A stretch of DNA of 64,000 nt, from assembly GCA_977016875.1 (NCBI GenBank), contig CDRNST010000090.1:806001-870000 (forward strand), written 5' to 3'. Shown here piece after piece: positions 1-10,339 of this stretch. The position numbers and the translations under genes are program-made. The notes under the pieces were generated by a model, which was not told where the DNA came from, searched no databases, and saw only the letters and a program-made list of their open reading frames with translations. This stretch comes from Pavona decussata. Taxonomy: Eukaryota. The number at the start of each line of letters is the position of its first letter. The first letter of the stretch is position 1.

Positions 1-222
1 TGAAGGCAAAGGATACAGAGTTTTTACTGACAATTTTTACACAAGCCCTGACCTTTACTTGACTTTGGGAGAACGCCTTGTTTATGCCTGTGGAATAGAG
101 CGTACAACTCGGAAAGATCTCCCCAAAGATATCATGGATCACAAACTCCCTGCTGTGAAGAACTTAGACCGTGGTGCTGCTCTTTTCAGAAAGAAGAAGA
201 GCTTCTGGCAGTTACGTGGAAC
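1..222 (+). pseudogene. piggyBac (PGBD4-like) transposase fragment, paralogous to 36973-37213
   Basis: Translates as EGKGYRVFTDNFYTSPDL...YACG...RKDLPKD, containing the second catalytic Asp motif. Nearly identical to 36973-37213 by eye. Confidence 0.85.
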
Positions 223-2199
223 CTCAAAATCTGGCCTGGCTTGGTCGTTTCTATTGTTAGGACATGTCCTTAAAATTATGTGCCTAGTTATCTTCAGAAT
301 TACTTTAAGTTATGCAACTTCCATATTCATAACTATAACACAAGAACCAGAACAAATCATTTTCTGGAAATAGTAAATCATAAGCACACACAACAATCCT
401 TATTTAAAAAAGGGGTGCAGATTTTTAAAAATCTTAGCATGTCTTAAGTAAGGATGTTTATAAGAAGTCTTAGTCCCTTTTTCCCTTTTTAGTTTTTAGC
501 CAGCAGGACCGGGATTGATAACAGTTTTCTATATTATTATTACTGTTATTAAGGGGGTTTGTGTAGATTTTGAAAATGGGATCTTTATGATATGTTCTTT
601 ATGATATGATCTTTATGATATGTTTCTTAACTGTATCATGCCGATGTAGATTTAGTTGTTTGTACATTTATTTACATGCAGGAAAGTTTATATAAGCTTA
701 CTAAATCTTGCGTTTTTTTCTGCACTGTAGAGTCAGACTTCCCCTTTCAATACACAAATGTTTTCAAACCCAGACCTTCCACACAAGCCGTCGCCTGAGG
801 AACTAAGACTTGATGGTAAGCCCTCTGTATTTTCGGCGTACTTCCATTCCACTGGAACGGGGCATCTTTTTCACAGCCAGCACAAGACAAATTTCACACT
901 AGACTACGGGATTGCCGGATTCGGGATTATCGTGAAAAAGGAGCGGGAATGCGGGATCAGGAAACCCCTTCTTCGCGACCCTGATAAGCGTTCTGCTACA
1001 AATTGAATGTACTATTCCAGTAGTCATTGTAATGTTGTTTAATCAGCAAAATCAATCTGTCTTTTGGACTTCAATATAGTTAAAACATTTGCTAAACTAC
1101 AACCAGTGACAATCTGTTCAACTGGATAAACGTGAACTTTGATTCAGTAAGTTAAGTACTAATCAATAAAGATTCTTCAAAATGATTTTTGAAGAAGCCA
1201 ATCACGTTGAAGGAGTACAAAACGCCTGACAAACGCAGAGCCAGGCTTTATAGATACCTGTTCTGTTTACTGTGGGTACGTTAGAAAACTACAAGCATGT
1301 AGTTCTCCACAGTCATATTCTTCTTCTTGTAAAAAGCCATTTCATCTTGTTTTATCTCTGCACAAAGTCCAAGAAGAAACTCCAAGATTAGCTTTCATTA
1401 CATAACAATAGCACATACATGTATTTCGATTATGACTGCAATTCCCCCAGAAGTTATCCTCGTTTTTACAAAGAATAGTTCCCCTCAGATATTCCTCCTT
1501 TGTAAATGGTTATAAGCACAATTTGCAATCTGCTTCCTGCTTCTGTGCCTTAAACGAAATAATGTTTCAGGTAAAATATTATATTAAGGTTTAGGGAAGA
1601 TATTCTGTAAAACTGACATGTAATGTTTACCTTCCGACTTTAGCATGGAAGTGGAAAGACCCTTGGAGCGGAGGTTGGATGCCAACCTACGTATGTTTTC
1701 CCTCCAACTCTGAAGAGAGTGGTGAGGGAAATTGTACCTGGCCATCCAGTGGAAAGGCCAGATCCAACCCATTCAGGGGTATGTTAGCTCTTTTTTTTGA
1801 AATAAAAATATGAAGTAAAAGGTTTACTTCCTAGACACTGCCATGTAAATGTACCTTATTGATATATAAGCCTTATCCCCCACCCCACTGCCCAGGTTAT
1901 TTTTTTTAAGAGCAATTCTGACAAGTTGTTTCATGGTGAAAAACTTTTAACTGTTTACTTGTTTAATTTTGAGGTTTATCTGGTCGTCATCGCGGACCTG
2001 CCCGCTGTAAAGTGGCCTGCAGCAAAACACTAAAGGAATCAAACAATAAAAAAATTATTTAGAACATTAATAAATTTATTTTTAGAATTTCCAAAATAAA
2101 TCGAGAATATTGTTATTGTGACAAAATTTCCAAAATCAAAACTTATTTACACAGCAGATCATTATTTACAAATTATACATGATCAGAGACAGTAGTACT

Positions 2200-2533
2200 A
2201 TAATTGTCATATGCAGAATGGATACGGATTCTCTCGAAGCACCATTGTAGAGACATTCACAGCTGGGATAGAGGGTCATGTGGGTTCCATCCTCAATGTG
2301 CATGTACCTGCAATGAGTGTGATGAGGACGAAGATCCCAGCTGTGAAGGGAAAGAATATCACACAAAGGTCCCATTAACATGTCACTACCACTGGATGGC
2401 GTACATGGTGAAATGCGAGAAAAGAGCAGGGGATTCGAAAGACGTGATTCATTCTGAACTTGGAAGAGGACACTCCAACGTATGCGAAGCACACTTTACG
2501 TTGCTTCCCCACTTCAGAGCTAAATATGTTTGA
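2200..2533 (+). pseudogene. Cys/His-rich C-terminal fragment of a Kolobok/Mutator-like transposase
   Basis: HHCRDIHSW..G.C.FH followed by GRGHSNVCEAHF...FRAK resembles the H-x3-H-x-W and third-catalytic-Glu region of Kolobok-like transposases. Recognised by eye only. Confidence 0.4.
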
Positions 2534-2851
2534 AAAGGTATATAATTCATTTATCACATGTACATAATAGTTCTTTTCCCATCAGCAAAACAGCTTGAAG
2601 TCTTGAAGATAAATTTCTTTATTTTCTGCATCAATCATTGTCTGTAGTCTCCTTATATCAATATTTGCAATATTTCCCTAAGAATTTAGTGCTCTAAATG
2701 GGATGTAGTACAGCAAGTATTAGAAAGGCAAGATGTAATTGCTTATTCCAAAGTTCAATTGGAGACTGGGATGAGTTTTAAAATTTCAGTTTCATTACAA
2801 ATTATACCCCGCCACAAGAAAGTTATTGATATATCTGTATTTTATTCATTT

Positions 2852-3278
2852 ATAAAGGAAATAAAGGGAAATGTAAAGAATCGACCATAAGAGGACACAG
2901 GAAAAATCTGGGCCCCAGATGGGATTCGAACCCACGACCCTCCGTATTCTAGATCAGATGCTCTAACCTCTGAGCTACTGAGGACTCCTTGGCGAGCAAG
3001 GGTTTTTTGGGTTGGACTTACGAACTGCATCACGCAGTCCATTACAAGCAACACATTAAGGCTTAACTGCATCACGCAGTCACATTAATTGCGTGATGCA
3101 GTTCGTAGGTCCAACCCACAAAAATGACCCTTGCTCTCTAACGAGTCCTCAGTAGCTCAGAGGTTAGAGCATCCGATCTAGAACACGGAGGGTTGTGGGT
3201 TTGAATCCCACCTGGGGCTCACATTTTTTCTGTGTCCTCTGATGGTTGATTCTTTACATCTCCCTTTACTTCCTTTAT
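2852..3278. mobile_element. Palindromic twin tRNA-derived repeat: two divergent SINE-like arms of ~185 bp
   Basis: 2852-3036 is the imperfect reverse complement of 3090-3278. Each arm has a tRNA-like head (2910-2987 minus; 3143-3220 plus) with A box TAGCTCAGAGG and B box GGTT(C/T)GAATCC. Confidence 0.85.
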
Positions 3279-3949
3279 TTATTTCCTAATTTTATTTTTA
3301 TGGTTGGTGTAATGTCTAATGATTTTACCGAGCAAATAACATGTAAATGTAAGTTTAACATGTAAAAAAGATTACATTACAATAAGTTTACCAAGTTTGT
3401 AAATTTGACAGTTGACACCTTGGTTTCTATGCAAATGAAACAAAACTTGGTAATTTGGTAAAGTCATCTTTGTGACGATGGGGTTCATTTCTCAATAGTT
3501 TGAACTTTTTGTATACTAGGACGCAGTCCCTTTTTTAACTTTCGAATGGGTAACTGACAAGATGGGTGGGGTACAAGAAGTTGGGCCGCATACCAGAGGT
3601 GTTGATCTTCTGAGTGGAAAACTAATGGAAATGTTTTCAACAGGTTACACTACATGGCCTCGACCAATGCAGGACTTTGCAAAGGTATATGACGTGGTGA
3701 TCTCTATGAGCAGCACAACCTTTCCATCCTACCGGCAGTTGTCCAGGCTTTTAGTGAGATCATAAAGGAGAGGGCAGCCGAATTGGAAAAGCAGAATTCA
3801 GATCACTGTAACACTCCCACAGTCTGAATGAAGGTTTCAAGAGCTGAAACTTTACAATAGTGACAGTGCCACTTCCTACCATCAATAATATTTGTATTCG
3901 TGACTCCCAAGCATTTTGTCAATCGTGTTTATAACAATGTAGAAACAAT

Positions 3950-4781
3950 CCGAAAAAACGTCAAATTATTGATCTTGGACGAGGTACACAAGATGTTCGA
4001 TTGCAACTCCAACTTCCGATCAAACTACGATTTTTTTTCAAAGGAATTAAAGAAAGTTTCAGTTGCGTACCTGTGAAGACATTAACTACTACTTTGAGTC
4101 AGGCGCAGCTGGATAGTCTGTGCGCTGATTATTTGAAGAATCCTTTCCTCATTAACAGTACAATCAATTGCAGCAACAACAAGTTCAACATAAAATCATA
4201 CCTTACATCAAGAAAGAAGAAGAAGTCCAGGTAAGATGAAAAAACAAATAGAAAGGAAGAAATCTGGTCGTGATGTGCTAAGGATATACAGAATATAACA
4301 GGTGAGGAATATGCCACTGTCTACATGGATTTTCGCAGCAATATAGACCTAATGACGTCGTCACTCAAGTTGCTTTTGGGAGAAGAAAATGTTAGACCCT
4401 ACTTCAGGAGGGGCATGAAGCGCGATGTAAAGAAGAAGACTGACTCTGACTTCAAGGCAAAAGAGTTCCAAGTTAGGGGCGCAGGGTTGGCGCAGTAGTA
4501 GAGCACTCACCTTCCACCAATGTGGCCCGGGTTCGATTCCCGGACTCGGCGTCATAAGTGGGCTGAGTTTGTTGGTTCTCTATTCTGCTCCAAGAGGTTT
4601 TTCTCCGGGTGCTCCGGTTTTCCCCTCTCCTCAAAAACTAACATTTGATTTGATTTGTGTTGTGTTTAGTTGAGTTGATTTAAATTGCTTTGATTTAAAA
4701 GGGGATACCCTCTATAGGGATAACCTCTGGTATCTCCTGTTCACGGTATCGATGTTTACATTGATCAGATTGAATAAAGAC

Positions 4782-4852
<71 letters not shown>

Positions 4853-5250
4853 GTTATAATAAGTTTTGGGAGCCACTGAGTCATGAGGTTGGCACACATA
4901 GTGTGCATATGGGGGGGGGGGGGTTTGCATGTGTAACCTCAGTATCCTAATCCAAGAATTTGGCAGAGCTGGCAGTGGTAACAGCATGGTTGGTTTTCTT
5001 CTAGTCAATGAGTCAAAGGATGACCAATGCTTAGCTTTCTGGACCAAAAACTGTTCAAAAGGGGGAAGAACAGATACAAGCCCAAATGACTCAGTCATGG
5101 TGTTGGATCTACTCTTTATGCTGCAGAGGGTGTATGAGAGAGGGAACCGTCAAGAAGTTTGGAGAAGGCCAGTTGGACTTGCAGTTTGTAGACGAATGTT
5201 TTTTCCACTTGCAATATCAAAGACAAAAGAGAAGGAAGGGGGTAAAAAGA
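3950..5250 (+). pseudogene. RecQ-like SF2 helicase pseudogene interrupted by a SINE
   Basis: LLILDEVH (motif II, 3978-3989), PVKTLTTTL (motif III, degenerate ALTAT), VYMDF (IV), FQV|LGATES.EVGTH (V, split by the SINE) and LIQEFGRAG (VI, ~4953). Frameshifts and stops are present. Confidence 0.75.
4476..4860 (+). mobile_element. tRNA-derived SINE with V-SINE-like core and (TTA)n tail
   Basis: A box TGGCGCAGTAG, B box GGTTCGATTCC, core GGTTTTTCTCCGGGTGCTCCGGTTTTCCCC, AATAAA and a (TTA)n tail (~4782-4852). Probable TSD AAGTT; removing the element rejoins the RecQ motif FQVLGATES. Confidence 0.9.
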
Positions 5251-5879
5251 AGTACAAATTGGATGGCTACGAGGTAGCAATAAAGATACATTCTCACTGC
5301 CCGAAATTCAAAAACTTATGGACCAAACTTAAATATATTCCCCTGGTACACAGAATTTTGGACCTAAAAGTTCAAATGGGTGGTGGATAGTCAAGGATCT
5401 TAAGACAAGCTATTCATTTACAAAAATATAACATAATAAGGTGCAAGTTGTTCGCAAGAGTATGGCGGTGTTACAGAGTTTACGAGATAGGGAAGCAATT
5501 CCTAGATTCTCGGTATGACGTCCTTGTTCTGGTCCCAATAAATGATCCATTTGACAAAAAATAAAAGAGAAGGTTGTAACAGAGCAAGAACTGGTAAAGG
5601 ACATCATCATCTGCCAAAAATAAAGGAACGCTGAAGAGGATCAACAAATTGGGTGGTGTTAACAAACAAGGACCATTATAAATTCCCAGATTTTAACACA
5701 GCATCTGGGACTAAGCAAAGAAAGTTTGCCTTCGTGAAAGACTGTAGAAAGTTAGAGTTAACCCCCAGTAATTGACCTAATTTTATTTGGGACGATAATC
5801 AGCTTTCCAAACAAAGCACGCAAACAGCCAGCACAACATAGTTATAGATGTTGTGAATACCTTTTTAAACGTGAAAAGA

Positions 5880-6383
5880 TAGCCCTGTGATTGAGTAAAG
5901 AAGTGTGCTGGTCCTGACTGTTCCTATGTTGTCTCTAACAGACAAAAGGTGAATCAATGTGTGCATCACAAAAACAGCTTATCTCTCGTTTTCACTGGAG
6001 AATGTCCCATGCAAATTGTCTACATATGGCCATCCTGTGATGACGGAAGGCGATGGATTAGGGTTCTGCCAGGCACACAATACAGTCACTCTAGACCAGC
6101 AACACATATCATGTCAAGCAAAGCCAAGGAAGGCATCCAAAAAGTGGTATCTGATGATAGTACTAAAAGTACCAAAGAAATCATGAAAGGGTTTGGGTTT
6201 CACCGTGCCAGGCGGGAGAGGAAGATGGCGCTTGGTAAATGGACCTCTGCCCAGAAAGAGTTTCGTCCACTAGATGAGATACTTGGATTTGAGAACATAA
6301 GGGAAAAAGTGGAAGGCAACTAGTTTTATGATGAAAGCATCAAAATCAGCGAACAAGTTTACAGAATGATGGGAAAGTATTAG
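5880..6383 (+). pseudogene. Decayed Cys/His-rich ORF of unknown TE-like family
   Basis: KKCAGPDCSYVVS...QCVHH...ECPMQIVYIWP...HSRPATH looks like a zinc-binding (GCM/WRKY-like) module. Family not identified. Confidence 0.3.
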
Positions 6384-7045
6384 ATGAGTGCGGATATTGC
6401 CGGAATGGAAGCTCTGTCGATGAACTATTGGTTGTTAAAATTCGTGACGGAGGTAGCTAAAAAGTCTGGTGGAAGATACCCTCCCAAGACTGTTTATGGT
6501 ATCATTGTGCCCTCAAGTGTTATTTGCAGGATAAAAATGGATGCAAAGCTTTGAATCCTCTGGACGCTACTGACAAAAGGTTATTGACAACTTTTAGACC
6601 CCATTGTTCAGAATTTTGAAATACACTGTTTTGGGAATTGAATTTGGTGTGTTGTTTTTCGAAGGTTTGCCCTGTTCCGACGTTGCTTAGATGCCGAGAT
6701 GAAGGATGGCGTTCGAGAAGGGCTTCACATTAAGTGCAAAAAAGGGGAGGAGTTTGTGAGCGAGCAAAAAGAAGCAACATTCTGGGAGAAGAACTCTTCA
6801 TCTAAATCTATATTTATTAAGTTGATAGAATCTTGTTAGACATCACACCAACTAAATTGCTGGGAACTACACCAGCTAAGCCGTTATTGAACACAATCTA
6901 TTTCTACAATGGAAAAGTTTTTGGGTTGCGTGGGGGAGATCACAGAAATATTGTAGAAACAACTTTGAAATTAGTTCAAATTCTATTAAGTTTGAAAAAA
7001 ATGCTTCTAAAACTTATCATGGAGGTCTTTGTGACATTACTACCG
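6384..7045 (+). mobile_element. Crypton (DUF3504/ZMYM-like) tyrosine recombinase fragment
   Basis: MNYWLLKFVTEVAKKSGGRYPPKTVYGII; FRRCLDAEMK; LLNTIYFYNGKVFGLRGGDH (catalytic Arg region); SKTYHGGL. Likely short intron at ~6580-6664. Confidence 0.75.
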
Positions 7046-8959
7046 ACTAAATCCAGAGATTGCACCGGCCTGTCATTGGAAGATAAAAAAAGCAATTGAC
7101 GATAGTGACACATACATTTCATTCTCCTCGTGCTGTGTCTGCTGCCATTAAACCTTTCAAAGCTATTGTATTCGCATTCGCATCACAAGTTCAAACCGTA
7201 AAAGTGATAGACATAGTATGATGAAACAGTTCATATGTTGTAATGAATCTGAATGATCTCTTAATGGAAGACTGGCGTTCTGTGTAAGATTTGAACAGCA
7301 GTAAAAAACATATTCAGTATTTACCTCGCCAAACGTTTCTATCGATACCGCTGTTCAATGTAAATGCAGGGATAGCACAGAGCGCTTTTTGGTCACTAAG
7401 ATTTCATCATCCATCTAATTAGGAAATAGCGGGAAAATTTCGTGCTCACTTCTCGATCACACTTGAAATAGCAATCCTTACTGCCATCCCTAGCCTGCTG
7501 TTTAATTAAAATTTCCTTGGGCTTCTACAATATCTAGAATATTGGTGATAATATCCAGAATATTGATTACATGGAATTCTCCGTAAGTATTATTAGATCA
7601 TTTTGAGAGTGAATTATTTTGTACGAACTGTGCATGACGCAGTAAATCATGCCCGGCCGCCCTGCGTCTTACAAGCGACTAGTAGAAGGTGTGATTTTTA
7701 AAATCTCGGACTCAAATTGTTTAACTGCGGTTTGAAAGCAGCTTCTCAGGAACAGGCAATTATTCAACTTATCTGTGGAGGGGAGGGGAGGTGGGGGTTT
7801 GAGAGAAGGCAGTTAGGGTTAGGGTTAGGGTTGCAATCTGTTAACATTGGATTACCGTCAAGTCTCCCCAAGTCAGATCTCTTTTATTGTTTCCTTCTTA
7901 TTTTTCCCTGCAAAACAAATTAACAGCAGCTCATGATCACCCTTAGCATTAGGGAAGCCTATTCTCCAATGTGGTTTGTGACTCCCACACCATCCTCAGG
8001 GCCTAAGATACTTAATAGACCTACACTGTAATACACTTAATAGGCTTAATAGTTTTAATAGGCAAACCACACGAAGAATACATTTCACATTGTCTGGTAC
8101 AAATGCAGACAAATTTTCATAACAGAAGAACGTCAACTAATCCACTTTCATATTTACAATAAACCATATTTATTTTTCCATAAAATTGGATATTTCCTCT
8201 CAGGATGGTGACTGGTTGAAGTCCAACAAAAAAACCAACAAGCCATTCTAGAAAAGCTGCGTTTTTGTTCAAGCTTCCGCCAACAAAATTTCCGCGCAAT
8301 GCAGGTGGTGAAGTGGTAGTTTCTGCTACAACCAAAACTCCCACCAACCCATTTGCTTTTAAAATATATCCCACCTCGCAGTCTCCTGGAGAAATGGAAG
8401 AATGAGCTCAGCTTCTTTGCAAAATAGGCAAAGGGCTTCTATTCCCTGGAGCTGGGCTCACAGTCTTTCACCATGTCTGGTTTACAAGACACAATAAAAA
8501 TGCATCGTGCCAGAGATGTACAAAGGTCAGTTCAGGTGGAACTCAACTGGTTTTCAGAACCATACCTGAAGCCATCAAACGTGATGTACCCTGCTGATGA
8601 TTCCATCAAGACAGTCCAGGTGCTACTCTACATGACATCATTTGATGATTTACTACCCAGATTTGGCATGTCCACAAATGAAATGGATAGCATTCCTTCC
8701 TTACCTAATCATGTCAAACACTAGTAATAAACAATACATTCAGTTATATAAAAAAATATACTATCTGGAAGTAGTAGTAGTGGAAAGGGGGAATAGCTGT
8801 TAACCACCTAAGTATAGAGGGGCTTGGGAGCATAGTTATTATCTGACCTAAATTCAGTTACAATGAAATAGTCTGAGTGACCATATTTTGACTCCAGTGC
8901 ATAGCAGAAAAGATCAGCAAGCTTGATGGAAATCTTAATTAAAAGTCACCAGCTGTAGA

Positions 8960-10306
8960 ACAGAAAATAAAATTATTCCATCATCCGCATATCTCTTTAA
9001 AAATGTGACTTTTGAGCTATCTTGCACTAAAAAAAATACTTATATTCCGAGTACAATAAAACTAAATCGCTTATTTCCTTACTGAAATAGCAACCCATGC
9101 TAACACCCTTTACTTGTTTGTAAAGACTCGTGCCCACATTGAAATAATTCCAATCATTACAAAACTTATACAAGTCCAGTAATAAGTCTATTTCAAGTTG
9201 ACCTATCTCTAGTGATGAGGCCAGCTCTCTTAAGATGCAAGAGGCGTCTCCAATCAACATATTGGTGTATAAGTCCTTAAAATCAAAACAAACAAACACA
9301 AGACCCTCTAGAGAACGAATTGGGGTTTGTTTTATCACCTCAATTAGTTCATTATTGTTTCCTAAAATAGAGTTTGGTAAACCATTATCACTTAAATAAT
9401 TCTTAAATCTACACAAAATTAACCTTGGCCTTTTTTGCAAAAATGTGGAAGCTTCGGTTGTACACCACCCGTACCCTGTAACAATGGGCCTGCCTGTTAG
9501 GAGATTTTCAGTATTTTGACGGGCACCTTCTTTTAATTTGTGTACCTGTGGCATAAGGTTTAGACTTGGCAATATGTAGTCATTTTGGTTCTTAATTCCT
9601 CAATTAAAATTGTTATAATCCTCTTTGGTTAAAATCCCTTCACACTTTTCTAGTATAACTCCTAAAGAAGATCTTCATTTCTGCTTAATAGTACTTGCAT
9701 CCTCCATAAGACCGACACTGATAAAAACCTGAGTGCAAATGTCTGTTATACTCCTGCTTATACCAAGAAGCTGAATTGAAAGACCACCCTAAATTTTTAT
9801 CACTTTCATGCAGTACAAAATTTTCATTGTGTTAATTGCCTAAGCAACTTAAAACCTTTCAGCTGACTCTCCCTCCTTTTAATTGCTTTTCTGTTGATTG
9901 TTTTGTTTAAACTATGATTTCTTCCCATATAACTTAAACATGAAAAGCTCATTTTAGAGCCTTGTCAATAAATCTCCTCTCTAAATAACCCATCCTGGGA
10001 TGGAAATAATAACGCATAATTTCTTTTCTAGCATTAACCTTTCTATAAAAATTAAAACCCTCTTTTGGCAATCCCCCCCTTTTTTTCCTGTTACCAGTTA
10101 AATGTTTTACATATTGCAGAATAGCAAACACTGTCCGTCTTTTCACTGCTCGTTGCTTCTTTATAACGTTCATTTGGCATTGTATTCATCACAAAACCGC
10201 CTCCACAATTTAGCATCTGCCTCTCCTCGGACGAAATATCTTTAGCTGTGAAATTGTCTAGATTATCTTCACTGGGGCGTTTGGCACAAATCTGGCCTTG
10301 TTTCAA
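8960..10306 (-). mobile_element. Penelope-like element (PLE) reverse transcriptase, degraded and 3'-truncated
   Basis: N-terminal NFTAKDISSEERQML..G.GF, then ESDKNLG, PQVHK...GRPIV, FDFKDLYTN, YKQVKGVSMG and RYADDG (YADD at 8980-8991 after a frameshift). No GIY-YIG domain seen. Confidence 0.85.
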
Positions 10307-10339
10307 TGTAATTATGGTTTAAAGTCCCCAGGACTTTAA

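Noticed and set aside
2910-3220. Two functional tRNA genes
   Set aside because: The anticodon arm is irregular, the two copies differ from each other, and both sit inside a larger inverted repeat. Treated as tRNA-derived repeat heads.
4712-5098. ORF with poly-Asn tract (also 20638-20859 and 20769-20975)
   Set aside because: Translation of (TTA)n retroposon tails.
7813-7830. (TTAGGG)3 as a telomere or telomere-linked PLE junction
   Set aside because: Only three units, interstitial, and over 1 kb from the end of PLE similarity.
8594-8630. Hammerhead ribozyme near the PLE (CTGATGA core; also the reverse core at ~14671)
   Set aside because: No stem II followed by GAAA could be built by eye. 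An Infernal search would be needed to exclude divergent forms.
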